From positions 21,018,001-21,082,000 of the forward strand of contig OX597829.1 in NCBI GenBank assembly GCA_951406725.2: a stretch of 64,000 nt of DNA, given 5' to 3'. This DNA comes from Octopus vulgaris. Taxonomy: Eukaryota. The notes beneath the pieces are model-generated. The model saw only the letters and a list, made by a program, of their open reading frames with translations, did no database searches and was not told where the DNA came from. Both the position numbers and the translations under genes were made by a program. Below, piece after piece: positions 37,775-51,480 of this stretch (positions are counted from its first letter, which is position 1; the number at the start of each line of letters is the position of its first letter).

Positions 37775-40246
37775 ACTGGAGGTGTTTCGTGTTGCAAGAC
37801 AGTGTGTGAGAGAGAATCGTGATGTGGTAGGAGAGAAGTGTGTTCGCATGGAAGATGGTTCACTTGCGCTAAATGAGGATGCAAAGAGAGAGGTTTGGAG
37901 ATGCCACTATGAAAGGTTGCTGAATGAAGAAAATGAATGGGATAAAGAGAGTCTGCCGAATGTTGACCCAACAGAGGGACCAGCTATCCGAGTTGATAGT
38001 TCTGTGGTAGCTAAGGCAATTAGAAGCATGAAGACAGGGAAAGCCCCAGGCCCATCAGGAATCACTGCAGAGATGCTCAAAATGTCTGGTAGTGTCGGCT
38101 ATAGCCTAGTCACCCATATAGTTAATCAGGTGATACACAAAGGGGTCATACCCAATGACTGGTGTAGCAGTATAATAGTCAACTGCTACAAAGGTAAAGG
38201 TGATGCCCTAGATACAAACAACTACAGAGGTATCAAGCTGTTGGACCAGGTGATGAAGGTTACGGAGAGGGTCATAGCCCAACTAATTAGAGAGAGAGTT
38301 AGTTTAGATGAGATGCAGTTTGGGTTTGTGCCAGGGAAAAGTACTACTGATGCTATATTCCTGGTAAGGCAGCTGCAGGAGAAATACCTAGCCAAAGATA
38401 AGCCCCTGTACCTGGCTTTTGTTGACATGGAGAAAGCCTTCGACAGGGTCCCCCGATCCCTTATCTGGTGGGCAATGAGAAAACTAGGGATAGATGAATG
38501 GTTAGTGAGAGCTGTGCGGGCCATGTATAGGGACGCCGCTAGTAGGGTGAGGGTTGGAAATGAGTACAGTGAAGAATTCCGGGTAGAGGTAGGGGTCCAC
38601 CAAGGCTCAGTACTCAGCCCCCTCCTATTTATCATAGTCCTCCAGGCAATAACGGAGGAATTCAAGACAGGATGCCCTTGGGAGCTCCTCTATGCTGATG
38701 ACCTTGCTCTAATTGCTGAGTCGCTATCAGAACTGGAGGAGAAGTTTCAGGTGTGGAAACAAGGATTAGAATCGAAGGGCCTCAGAGTCAATCTAGCTAA
38801 AACCAAAGTCGTAATCAGTAGGAAGGTAGACAAATCACAAACACCTTCAGGTAGATGGCCCTGCTCGATCTGTAGAAAAGGTGTAGGTAGAAACTCTATA
38901 AGATGCACCAAGTGTAAGCTATGGACACATAAGAGATGCAGCAATGTCAAAGGAAGGCTAACTAGGAAGATGGTTTTGTATGTGGCAGATGCTCAGGAAC
39001 AATAAACACTGAAAATGCTCTGAGACCAACTTCTGTCACTTTCCAGGGAGAAAAACTAGAAATAGTTGATAGTTTCCGTTACCTAGGTGACCAAGTCAGC
39101 AGCGGGGGCGGGTGTGCTGAAAGTGTAACTGCTAGAGTAAGAATAGCTTGGGCAAAGTTCAGAGAGCTCTTACCTCTGCTGGTGACAAAAGGCCTCTCGC
39201 ACAGAGTGAAAGGCAGACTGTATGATGCGTGTGTACGAACAGCCATGCTACATGGCAGTGAAACATGGGCCGTGACTGCTGAGGATATGCGTAAGCTCGC
39301 TAGAAATGAAGCCAGTATGCTCCGATGGATGTGTAATGCCAGTACTCACACTCGGCAGAGTGTAAGTACCTTGAGAGAAAAGCTGGACCTAAGAAGCATC
39401 AATTGTGGTGTGCAAGAGAGACGTTTGCGCTGGTATGGTCATGTGGCGAGAATGGATGAAGATAGTTGTGTGAAAAAGTGCCACACCCTAGCGGTTGAGG
39501 GAACCTGTGGAAGAGGCAGACCCAGGAAAACCTGGGACGAGGTGGTGAAGCACGACCTTCGAACTTTAGGTCTCACCGAGGAAATGACTAGAGACCGAGA
39601 CCTCTGGAAGTGTGCTGTGCGCGAGAAGACCCGGCAGGACAAGTGAGTCCACAACCCGTGGCCTTCTACATGGGATGGAGCCAGCCTACGTATGCATACC
39701 TTCCCTTCTTGGGACACAAAACTCTACTTGTGAAGACGTGTTGAGGCAAGTGAGGATCAGAATCGAAATCGATCAATGGAAATTGCGGATGTGCTACCAG
39801 TGCCGGTGGCATGTCGAAACTCTGCTTGTGAAGACCCATTGAGGCAAGTGAGGATCAGAATCGAAATCGATCAATGGAAATCGATCAATGGAAATTGCAG
39901 ATGTGTTACCAGTGCCGGTGGCATGTAAGAGAACCTTCCGTTTCGCGACCGTTGCCAGCACCGCCCCGTTTCGTAGCCTCGCCTGTCCCTCGTGCCGGTG
40001 GCACATAAAAAACACCATCCGTTCGTGGCCGTTTGCCAGCTCTGGCTGGCACCAGTGCAGGTGGCACGTAAAAAGCACCCACTACACTCACGGAGTGGTT
40101 GGCGTTAGGAAGGGCATCCAGCCGTAGAAACACTGCCAGATTTGACTGGGCCTGATGAAGCCTTCTGGCTTCACAGACCCCAGCAGAACCGTCCAACCCA
40201 TGCTAGCATGGAAAACGGACGCTAAATGATGATGATGATGATGATG
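37775..40246 (+). mobile_element. RTE-clade LINE, 5'-truncated, young
   Basis: RT ORF with GKAPGPSG, YRGIKLL, QFGF, FVDMEKAFD, GVHQGSVLSPLLF, LYADD and YLG motifs; RTE C-terminus (LHGSETW, RLRWYGHV, GRGRPRKTW); tandem-repeat 3'UTR; (GAT)n tail; 9-bp TSD aatttgatg (37766-37774, 40247-40255). Confidence 0.95.
37782..39646 (+). pseudogene. RTE reverse transcriptase ORF broken by one frameshift
   Basis: ORFs 37782-39005 and 39182-39646 join if one T is restored near 38974 (VFVCGRCSG...FRYLGDQVSSGGGCAESV...). The endonuclease part is missing because of the 5' truncation. Confidence 0.85.
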
Positions 40247-43082
40247 AATTTGATGCATAATATAAATATAATATATTTGTATTGTGAAATTTGATTTAAT
40301 ACTAAATTGAATTTTTCCCTGTAAGATTGGAGTTATACTCCCTAATATTATTATGTGTGTGTGTCTGTATTAAAAAAAATGGACATGTGTTCATGATTTA
40401 ATCAGCTATGTATGTTTCAAATAGAATGGTATAATTCAGAATGCTGCAATGCATCAGTTATAGATATTTAATGAATCCATTTACATATTTGATTGAATGA
40501 AATGCTACAGGGAGAGAGGAATTCAACACCATCCTATGTTTATTGTAGTTTATATCACTACTGTTTATACTGTTGAACATTGTAAGAGAGTGAGTTGTAA
40601 ATTTTGGGTCTGCTCATCCTTATGCTCATATCTGACCATTCCCTAGTCCAAGGGGTGGTGATATATTCTTTATAGAGCTACTTAAGATTCATACTTATCA
40701 GATCATGACTAACTTGTAATTTAATTCATTGTGTACCCAAGCACACCAGGCAGCTAAATGAATATAAACAGCAATACATATTGCTTGCCCACACCCATAT
40801 TTTAACTGACTTGTTCTGACTAGTTCATATGCAAAGAGATGATGGAGTATGTTAAATTCAACCTTAGAAGATATTTTATTTAGGTCAAGATAGTATTGTA
40901 ATTTGATGCATAATATCTTAATATATATATTACACAACAAACAGAAGTTAAGCTGAATTCATGAGTATTCTGAAGGAAAATATTTTGGAATGATGGTAAT
41001 CGTTAAGGAGAATATTCTATTACACACAAGCAGACTATACATCATGAATAATTATATTCCAAATTTGGTATGAAAGATCAAATAAAGCAATTTAAAAATG
41101 ATATAAAATATAAGAGCAAAAATGTCTTCCACTATAGCCTCAGGTCCACCAATGCCTTGTGACTGGATTTGATAGACATACATTTATAGAAGCCTATTGT
41201 GTGAGTTCGTGTGCTTGTGTCTTTGTTTTACCCCCACTACTGCTTGACAACTGGATGTTGGTGTGTTTACATCTCTCTTAGTGACTCAGCAAAATAGACA
41301 GATAGAATAAGTACCAGGATTCAACAAATAAGTACTGGGGTCAACTTGTTCATCTAAAGTTTTTCAAGGCAGTGCCCCAGCATGGCCTCGGTCTAATGAC
41401 TGAAACATGTAAAAAGGTAAAAAAAAAAAAACAAATAAAATATCTCAAGGTATAGTACTTTGAGAATTTGGTTTTGCTGAGGAGGACAAATCCTTTTGAG
41501 AACCTCATTTTGCTACAGATTCTGATCTTTTATCACCTCATCCATCAGACTTAGGGTCCTGAGGTCAGCTTTTATCACTTCATCTCATGTATTCGGGATC
41601 GTCCTCTTCTGCAGTTTCCAGCCACATTAAGCAAATGACACTTCTTTATACAGCAGTCCTCATTCGAATAAAATACAAATGAGATCCCAAATGGAAGAGA
41701 CTAAATTAATTCAGAGGCTAATGACTAGTTTGTATTTTGTCATTTGTGAGATAAAGGCAGCAAGATGGCAGAATTGTTAGCTCATCTGATATGATGCTTC
41801 ATGGTAGGGGACAAGGAGATTGTTATGAGAGAAGGGGCCTAGCGTACATCTCTGCAGAGGAATCTCAGTGGCTACTCACATCTAACATGAAAAACATGAA
41901 AGAAATTGAGGTGGGAAGAAGAGAAAATGATCAGTAGGAGCTGCAGGATGTAAATAATGGTAATAAGGCGGCGAACTGGCACGCCGAGTGAAATACTTAG
42001 TGGTATTTCGTCTGCCGCTACATTCTGATTTCAAATTTCACCAAAGTCGACTTTGCCTTTCATCCTTTTGGGGTCGATTAAATAAGTACCAGTTACTCAC
42101 TGGGGTCGATATAATCGACTTAATCCATTTGCCTGTCCTTGTTTGTCCCCTCTGTGTGTAGCCCCTTGTGGGCAATAAAGAAATAAGGTGCCCACGTGGT
42201 CCCACAAAGCATAAGCTGAATAGATGTAGTTGGATAGATGGGTGATTGGTTTGTAAGATTTTATGGAAAGGTGAATGGAGGTGGTTGTGTGGTGGTGGTG
42301 GTGGTGGTGGTGGTAGTGATGGGAAGACTACCAAAATGGATGTAGTTGAAAGAGAGTATGAACAAAGGTCACGAGCTGGAAATGATAGTGGGATGCAGCA
42401 GGGTGTGGAAGGAGCAAGCAGCTGGAATAGTAAAGATGATACAGTTGCTGGTGGTGGGGAAGACAAGTGAGATGAAGCGGGAAGAGGGGTATGAGGATAG
42501 GGAGTCTCTGACACAGGTGGAGCACCCAAAGTGTAGCACTTTCAGAACTCAGTTTTGCTGAGAAGGGCGAGTCCTTTTGAAAGTCTCATATAACCACAGA
42601 CCCTGGTCCTTTCTCATCTCATTTATAAGGCTCGGGATCCTGAGGTCATCTTTCATCACTTCATCCCATCCCTCTTCTGTAGGTTCCAACCACATCGAGC
42701 AAATAGCTCTTCTTTATACAGCTGTCTTTATTCATACACATCGCATGTCCACCCTATCTCAGTCTTCTTGAACACATCTGATTCCTTCAACACCCAGTTT
42801 TTTTCTCTCAACACTTTTGTGCTAAATCTTTCACACACACTCACATTACACATTCAACTGATTTATTCTTTTATTTGCTTCAGTCATTTGACTGCGGTCA
42901 TGCTGGAGCACCACCTTCAGTCGAGCAAATCAGCCCCAGGACTTATTCTTTGTAAGCCTAGTACTTACTTTATCGGTCTCTTTTGCTGAACCGCTAAGTT
43001 ACGGGGACGTAAACACACCAGCATCAGTTGTCAACTGACGCTGGAGGGACAAACACAGACACACAAACATATATACACACAC

Positions 43083-43117
<35 letters not shown>

Positions 43118-46100
43118 CAAAATGGTCTTCTTTCAGGTTCCACCTACCAAATCCACTCACAAGGCTTTGGTCAACCTGAGGGTTAGGGTTAGGCTATAGT
43201 AGAAGACACTTGCCCAAGGTGCTGCACATTGGGACTGAACCCAGAACCATGTGGTTGATAAGAAAGCTACTTACCACACAGCCACTACTACACCTATAGC
43301 CACTCCTGTTCATTTCCTTTTAGTCTTCTCAAGTCCTTTGCACTCAAAGCCCATGTCTAACTACTATGCAACATTGCAGTTCTAATACACAATCTGCCCT
43401 TTATTCTTAAGGAAAAGACCTTTGTTGTCAGCAGTACTAGCGTAGCTAGTGTGTGTATTGCCTGGGGTGACTCTTTTGTTTGCTGCTTCTGGACCCCACA
43501 AAAGCACAAAAGCCATTTCCCTGAAGGTAACAGGGTCCTTTACTACTATTAAAACCTCAAGGCCCCTCAATTCAAGGTTTAGCTTGAACCCGTAGTTCTT
43601 GGTTGTGTAATAAGTAGTTTGCTTCTCAACCACACAGTTCTGGGTCCATTCCCACTTTGTGGTATCTAGGGCAAATGTCTCTCACTATAGCCCCAGTTCA
43701 CCAAAAGTGGCATCCCTTTAAAAGTGCCTCATGGGGTGGACAGACCCCCCCTCCCACCTTAGTTATGCTAGTAGTCAGAGTGGTAGTAGCTAGAGTGTGC
43801 GCCGCCTGGAGTAGCTCTTCTGTTTGCCACCCCTCAAAAAACACATTGCCTACAGCTGACCCAAAAGTGGTGCCCCATTAAAAGTTCCCCCCTGCCCAAG
43901 CGATGCTAGTGCTACCATTGCTGATAACAAGAAATCCAATTTCATTTCCACTCGTACATACTGCTCCAGTGCATCTATTGTGAATAAAGCTTACATTCTC
44001 AGATAGTCTGCTAGTGGTTTCACGACATCCTTTGGGTATCAATAGCTTAAACAAAGTGCAGCTTATGGAGTTTGTACCCACCCCTTTTCTACATATTGAG
44101 CAAGGCCATTTTCCTGAAGGTAACAGGGCCCTTTACTACGTATTAAAATCTTAGTATTTGACTGGTTTACCTCAAGGCCCCTCAATTCAAGGTTTAGCTT
44201 CCATGCTTGGAATTTCATCTCTAATGCCCCTATAGATTCAGCTATGAGGTCTAGATAGGTTTTCCCATGGACAGCCAATCTTAAACTCTTCAGTGAAGGC
44301 TTGTGAGGACTATGATGAATATGAGAGGACCGAGGACTGAAGTTTGATGGACTCCTAAAATCCACTTACAAGGCTTTGGTGAACTGGGGCTATAGTGAGA
44401 GACATTTGCCCAAGATACCATGAAGTCGGATTGGGCCCAGAACTGTGTGGTTGAGAAGCAAACTACTTATTACACAACCAAGAACTACGGGTTCAAGGTT
44501 CCTTATTTTGTAACCAAGGTTGTTATAAGGGAAATGTTTCTACTTTGTTTATGATGTGGTGCACCAGCATGGCCGCAATCTCAATACTGAAACGAGTGAG
44601 AGAGAAAAAACCCAAAGAAAAACGTAGGTTTTTTTTTTTTTTTACAAAATAAATAAATAAGTCAGCATGGCCTATTTATTTAACTTCTAACGTTAACAAA
44701 GTTAATTCCTTCTTTCGTAATAGACATGCTGATTTTTGTTCTAAAATTTTCTAATTTACCTCAGTGAATTAAGGCTGTTTTCTATGGGTCAAATACTTCA
44801 TTTATATATATATATGAAAGGACATTGAATTAAAACATTATTGAATCTCTCTGTTGAATATTAATTCTCATCAATCGTTTAATAGAAAACACACGCTCAC
44901 AGACACATTCATACACATACACACACACACACACACATACACAAACATACACGCAAACAACTTCACACTTACAAGCGCACATGCACAAGCACATACACAA
45001 TTCACAAAGGGAAAAGCCAGAACAAGAAATCAGTAAATAAATAAACCGGAAAAAAAAGGGAAGTCTGCACACTCCCTCAATTATACATTTGCATTTCATC
45101 AGAAGGACAGTGGTGTTGTTCCAGCACCACAGTGGTGCTCCAGCATGACTGCAGCTGCATGGCTGAAACGAATACATACTCCAGGCTTCAATAAAGTCAA
45201 AATGAACCCAACTGTCAACTCACCCCTACAAAAAGATCACTATGAAATCCATAAACATTTTGGTTAATGGTCTCCATAAGTGTAACTGTGCGTCATCTAA
45301 ACCTGCCTGTAAAATAGGAACTATGTGACGAAAATTGTTGTTTACAAGTGCACTGTTGTGACATGTAATGCCTTGAGATACTATATAGGATCCATGCCTC
45401 ATCAAAAGGAAGATGCACCTACACTTATTTAATAAGAGCTTACTTTGGCTGTCCAACTCTTAAGTTGAATACATATTCAAACCTGTGTCAAAAGGGATGA
45501 AGTTTGAAATCAAATGGTTGATCATTGATAAGTTTTGTTTTGAAGCTGTTTTCTGTAGCTCCAGTATATGTTTTGCATGTAGGAGTATATTCAATCCATA
45601 ACTTTAGACTTTTAAACAATTTTTTTATCAGGAAGTTACCATTTAGAGGACAGGAATTGAGGTAATTGAAATTACATTTAAGGACCATCATCATATCCAT
45701 TACATTTGTTGAGCCTACTAATATTGTGCTGGTTAATGAACATTTGTATTGCATCAGACTAGACAAACTTGTTATAGCAAGAATAGCTAATCTTCAGAGA
45801 TTTTCTGCAAAACATTCTGCTATAATTTCGTTTGCAAGATTCTTTATATGAGTTCGTGTGTTGAAGCATATTCTGTTGTGACTGGGGAGAGTCATTTTCT
45901 TTTTGTGCCTTATAATGTAACACACTCGCCAGTAGCAAGATGCAATGAAACTTTTAGGAAAATAAAAATAAGAAATAAGTGGAAATTTTTACTGGTGAGT
46001 GTGTTACATTATAAAGCACAAAAAGAAAATGACTCTCCCCAGACACAACAGAAGATTCTGCTATAAATTTCTGGGAAAATGCTTTGATAGAAAACTAACA

Positions 46101-47369
46101 AAATCTCTTGCTGTTTTAGCCCTAATTCTGAAGATAAATGTTATTCAACAAAACTTTTTTACTTATACTTCTGTGCAATCTCCATGGTTGTATTCACTTC
46201 CAGCATAGCAGATCAGAAGTTTAGCCAGAGTGTTTGCTGCCCAGGGCAGTCCTTTAGGTTTGTCTCCTCTCAGCTTCTTGGGCTGCCAAATCTAAACAGT
46301 TTCATGCAGCAGACTCCCCACCTGCACCTGCCAAGTGCCACCTGATAAAAATGTCAGCCAGAGTGGACTGCATCTTTGTCTCCCCACCACCACCACAGCT
46401 ATTGTTAAATGCCACTTTAATGACAAGGAGGAAATTTACCTATGTTACTGACCATGTTCATAAGTATACAGGGTGGGTGATTGGAACCCTTAGTATTATA
46501 GAATAGCCTAAGGCGGCAAGTTGGCAGAAAAGTTAGCACACCGGGTAAAATGTTTTGTGGTATTTCGTCCGTCACTGCATTCTGAGTTCAATTTCTGCTG
46601 AGGTCAACTTTACCTTTCATCCTTTTGGGGTCGATAAATTAAGTACCAGTGATGCACTGGGGTCATGGAAGAACGTAGCATGGATGTTGCACGTGAATGG
46701 AACCGCATGGATGTAAAACAGAATGAAACCAAGGTATCAGTGGCGAGGCGGGGCTTGTGGGGTCCGAGCTAAACCTGCCCTCCCCACTCCATCCGTAATG
46801 TCTTCCGGTCTGTTCCATCATTTGATTTCTTCGTTTTTAAATATATATTGCCATTTTGTGTAAAATTTTTAAAATTCAATTTTGTGTAATTTATCATTTG
46901 TAAATCTGACCCCAAATCAGATTGTGTTGTCCCCTCTGTGTTTACCCCCTTGTGCGTAATAAAAAAATGGACTTAATCCGTTTGTCTGTACTTGTTTGTC
47001 CCCTCTATGTTTAGCCGCTTGTGGGCAATAAAGAAATAAGAATAGCCTTTTGGTAGGATAATGGTAAGGCATAAGGGTGTTGGATCACATTTCTAAATTG
47101 ATGTCTAATAAGTTAATACCACTGAAGTTCATGTTAATTGCGATCTTTAACCTATAGCACACTGATTTACCCCTAGAATAGTTTCCCTTGCCACTGCATT
47201 ATTTTTGAGGTAACAAAAAACATGAGCTCCTACTGTTTTAAAATCGTTATAACTTTCATTGTATTGTGTGTACAGATTGGTGCTTTGCATACTAATAAAG
47301 TAATGGATGAATACTATTTTTATGTAATGTATAAGAAATGTACCTCTTTGGGGTTAGTACTTTCCTTAA

Positions 47370-47720
47370 ATCAGCCAGCCATGAGTGATAGTATCCACTT
47401 GGCACATTGTTCTCAATATAACTGTAAGCGCAATCTATGTCATCATTATGTTGAATAATTTTACCAGTGATATCTGCCTGAGTAAATCCTTCAAAATTGT
47501 CATCTGAGTTGGAATCAAACAAGATTTCTTCTAGAAAAGCTTCAAATTCAGGGGTGGCCATTTTTGTTCAGTAAGACATCGAAAAAACTATGTTCGATTT
47601 CAAAGCTTGATCTCCTTGTAGTTAGTATATAAGTAATGAAAAACTCAGCAGAAAACGAATGTTCAGCCTCGTTCTGAATCAAAAATTACTTGTTTATACC
47701 TTTAAGTACTGGAAATTAAA
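47370..47720 (-). mobile_element. DNA transposase 5' relic (piggyBac-like acidic N-terminus)
   Basis: MATPEFEAFLEEILFDSNSDDNFEGFTQADI; the DSDxxxFEGF motif is typical of piggyBac-type N-termini. Truncated. Confidence 0.45.
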
Positions 47721-48974
47721 TTAGTGATGTGTTTATTTTAAGCACTCTTCTCAAGGCAACAAAATATGCCTGCAGCTACAGAGGAGAAAAGTTGTGGGCA
47801 GCAAATTGCAATAACTGCACGGAGAATGTAAAGACAATGCATTGGAAGAATGCAATAATATTCTTCTGAAGCCTATCAAGATCCTGCCTCTTGATGTAGT
47901 AGGTGACAATAAAGCAGTCATCCCAGTATAGACCTGATTCTAAGAAGGGAAATATGTATGTATGCAATGTAAAATACATATCCCTATGAACACACAATTC
48001 TGATCCATTCCTATGTCAACTGAAAGTTTGCCATTTTTCTTGAACGAGGTAGAATCATTAAAAGCAGTAAAGATTTCTTGGCATGCAATATCATGTCACT
48101 ATCTGAGTCAGTTACAGCACAAATTTTTTTTTTCTAACTAAAGTAGGGCCTTAAGTAGCACAGGCCTTGTTATCAATTGGGTAAAATTCCATGATATCAA
48201 ATTAAATTTGCAGTTTTCTTTACTGCTAATACTTTATTTTGTTGGAATTTCTCATGAAATGTAGACTTCCCTTGAGAGTATTTTGGAATTCATTACTCAC
48301 TTTGTGGAATTTTTTTTTTTTTATTAGTTCCAAAAATATCTCTTTCAAAAGTTTCAAATTCTTTACTGGCTGCAGAATTCTTTCTATACATGAAACCATA
48401 CTTGCAATCAGCATCATCCTGCCATGTTCTTTTGTTGAAAATATAAGTGTACCATTTCAGTCTGTAGATAAAATATTCTGTTTTCTTTATCAAATGATTA
48501 CTCTGTCAAATACAATATTTCTTTATTCACATTGTTTTGAATTAATCAAAATGTGATTACTTTGAGATTTTGATAATGTACTTGCTTAGTTTTAGAATAA
48601 CATAGTTGGGTAGGCACAAGAGACTAGATCAAGCAGTTTGAACATAAAACAGGAAGAATATTTGGGCTGGATATGGCTCAGTTCTGTTTGAATGCTAAAG
48701 GGTTAAATATTTCTTATTCAATGGGTTGGAAATGTTCATGAATGGAAAATTCCGTTGGATATTGTTTTAGTGGTTGCTTCTTCCTCTTTATTTGTACCAT
48801 CATAGATATCTATACATGTAATTATATGTGGGCATATATATATATATGCACACATGTGCTTGCATGTGTGTATGCGTTGGTGTATGTGTTACTATAGATG
48901 GATGTGTCTATGTCTCTATATAGGTATATAGGTGGGGGTGTGAATTGACGGGATGAGTGATATGTGCCCATATC

Positions 48975-49020
<46 letters not shown>

Positions 49021-49475
49021 CTTGTGGGTATGTGAGTGCATGTGTATGTGTATATACACATTCGCACATGTATATGTGTTTGTGTCTGTGTGTGCGCGTG
49101 TTGGTGTATGCAGCCATCAAGTCTAAAGACAGAAATTACACCCCCCACTAAATTCTTGACCACACTGTCATGCATGACTGCCATAGCCAGCTATCAAAGG
49201 TTTTCACACACTTTAGGGTCTTTCAACCTAATGCCTTAAACACACCTCCCCCATTTACATTAGATTTTTCGTACTTTATATTTTTTATCAACCACTTCCT
49301 GACTACAAGTATAACCCCCACCATTCACATTAGATTCTTTGTATTTTTTAATTTTTTATCAACCACCAGTATCCTCACTTCACCAATGTGTGCGAACTAC
49401 TAGCAACACACAATAATACCAGCAGCGTCTAACTTGGAGCAAAATGTAAATCTTAACTTTTCAACCATGTTTCAT

Positions 49476-49577
49476 CACCTGATGAGTCTTCCTGCTCTGT
49501 GTGATGCATCCAATGTCATTACATCATTCCCCACCCACTAAGGAGCAGTGCAGAAGGCAGCCAAAACGATTGTTGTG
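49476..49577 (+). ncRNA. Hammerhead motif with long stem II (CpG-decayed)
   Basis: cac CTGATGA gtcttcctgc...gcagaaggc agcc AAAAC gatt GTT gtg; restoring CpGs gives GAAAC gatc GTC gtg. Confidence 0.6.
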
Positions 49578-49999
49578 CTAAATAAAACTTTTAGTTACAC
49601 TCCACCTTCCATATCAGTTGTTTGAAATATGTATGTATATATCATCATCATCATCATCATCGTTTAATGTCCGTTTTCCATGTGGGCATGGTTTTGGACA
49701 GTTTAACTGAAGTCTAGAGAGCCAGCAGCTGCACCAGGCTCCAATCTGATCTGGCAATGTTTCTACGGTTGATGCCCTTCCTAACATCAACCACTCCAAG
49801 AGTGTAGTGTGTGATTTTTATGTGCCATTAGCACAGGAGCCAGTCAGGTGGCCCTGGCATCGATCATGTTCAGATAGTGCTTTTTATGTGCCACTGGCAT
49901 GGAAGCTAGTGAGGTGCCCTTGCCATCAATCACATTTGGATGGTGCATTTTATGTGCTACCAGTATGGAAGCCAGTCAAGGGGTGGGGTGGGGGCTGTA

Positions 50000-51480
50000 A
50001 AAATTTTTAGATGTTACATTAGACTTGGGCTCCTGCTCATACCGGCCCAACCAACAAGAGGCTGCTCATACAGGCCCAGCCAAACGAGAAGCTGTCCTAT
50101 GTCAACACAGCCAAAGAAGAAGCTGTCCTATATCAACACAGCTCCTGTCATGTTCAGATTCCTAGTGAAGGGTGTCAGCAAGTGGATCTTGAACCTCCCC
50201 TCAAATCAAGAGATTTTTTATGCTATTACAATGCAGTTATGGCATCCAATGAGTTTAAGGATTGCATCTATATGCTAGGCCCTGCCACCCATGAAAGGAA
50301 GTGCTACTGTAAAGTTGTTAAGTTTGCCCCATACTGCTCTCTCAATGTTAAGCCTTGTGTGGGAAGAATTATCCTTAGATTAGTGGACAAACACTTCACA
50401 CAGTTACACAGAAACAGATATTTAAAAGGTACAACTTTTAGTTGTGCACCTAGAATTAAGAAAATTTTTGTGAGCACCACTACTCTGCGAGCAGAAGCAG
50501 GATGTTCATGTAGGGTATACCATGACTTCCCAGTGTGTGTGGTGTATGGGGAGATCGATGCATAGCCAAGGAGGTCATGTATGAAGCTGAGGTGGTGGCC
50601 ATCATGACAGCCAGAGCAACAGCATAGGCAGCTATATCTGCTGACAATAGCAGCAATGGCAACAACAATGGCAGTGGTAATGGTGAGAGCACATCAAGCA
50701 GCAGACAACAATGCCAACAGTTACGATGGCAGCAACAGCACCAATGTTGTGCCTATAAATGGTGGCTAAGCCAGCAACTACTGAACCACCAGGATCACGT
50801 CTGAAATAACAAAATCAGCAGTTACTCCAGCAACAACAATACAATCAGGCCTGGAGTTAATGAAGAAATAGCGGTTGTAGCACAACCAGTGCACAGACAT
50901 GGAAATATGTTGCTTCAGCCTGTGCTCCTTTTAAGCAATGTCTGATCAACCACAGTTCCTCTTTTAGGATACCAGAAAGGAGCAACATCATGTCCCTAAC
51001 CAGCACTGAATGGCACTTAAAAGAGGAAGGGATCCAGTACATAATCAGGGACTTGTTTATAAATTGGAGCAAACAATGCTAGCTTTGCTTGGTAGAGAGA
51101 GCAAGAATCCTATAAAACTTGCTTGACCCAGGGACCTTTTTAAACTCCAGGTAAGAAGTATTTAGTCAATGCCCTCATCTAAGACATTTCCTGTTACATG
51201 GTTGGAATTCCCCATTTGTTGAATAGAACTGTGCCAGTGTCTTCGAATATCACCATGGCTGGAACTGATGTATGGGAAATAACCCTGTGCCACTTGTTAC
51301 ACCTGCACAACCATTCCAGAAGTATTTTTGTTTATAAAACTAACTGACCATTATGTCTTCCTTCAGTTGTAGAAAGGTTATGTACCATTCAGCCATTTGA
51401 GCCTGACAAGTTGCCTATATGGTTAAGCTCTTTATAGGTGTGAAACCAATGGTCACTCACTGCCCATAACAATCAACTTC
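50000..51480 (+). mobile_element. Second copy of the same Penelope-like family (3' part)
   Basis: Colinear with 22400-23900: LRLVDKHF, EAGCSCRV, KYVAS..PFKQCLINHSSSFRIPE, WHLKEEG. Confidence 0.75.

Noticed and set aside
40151-40175. CTGATGA + hairpin (also at 55562) as a hammerhead
   Set aside because: No GAAA follows the stem, and other copies of this RTE tail read ctggtgca.
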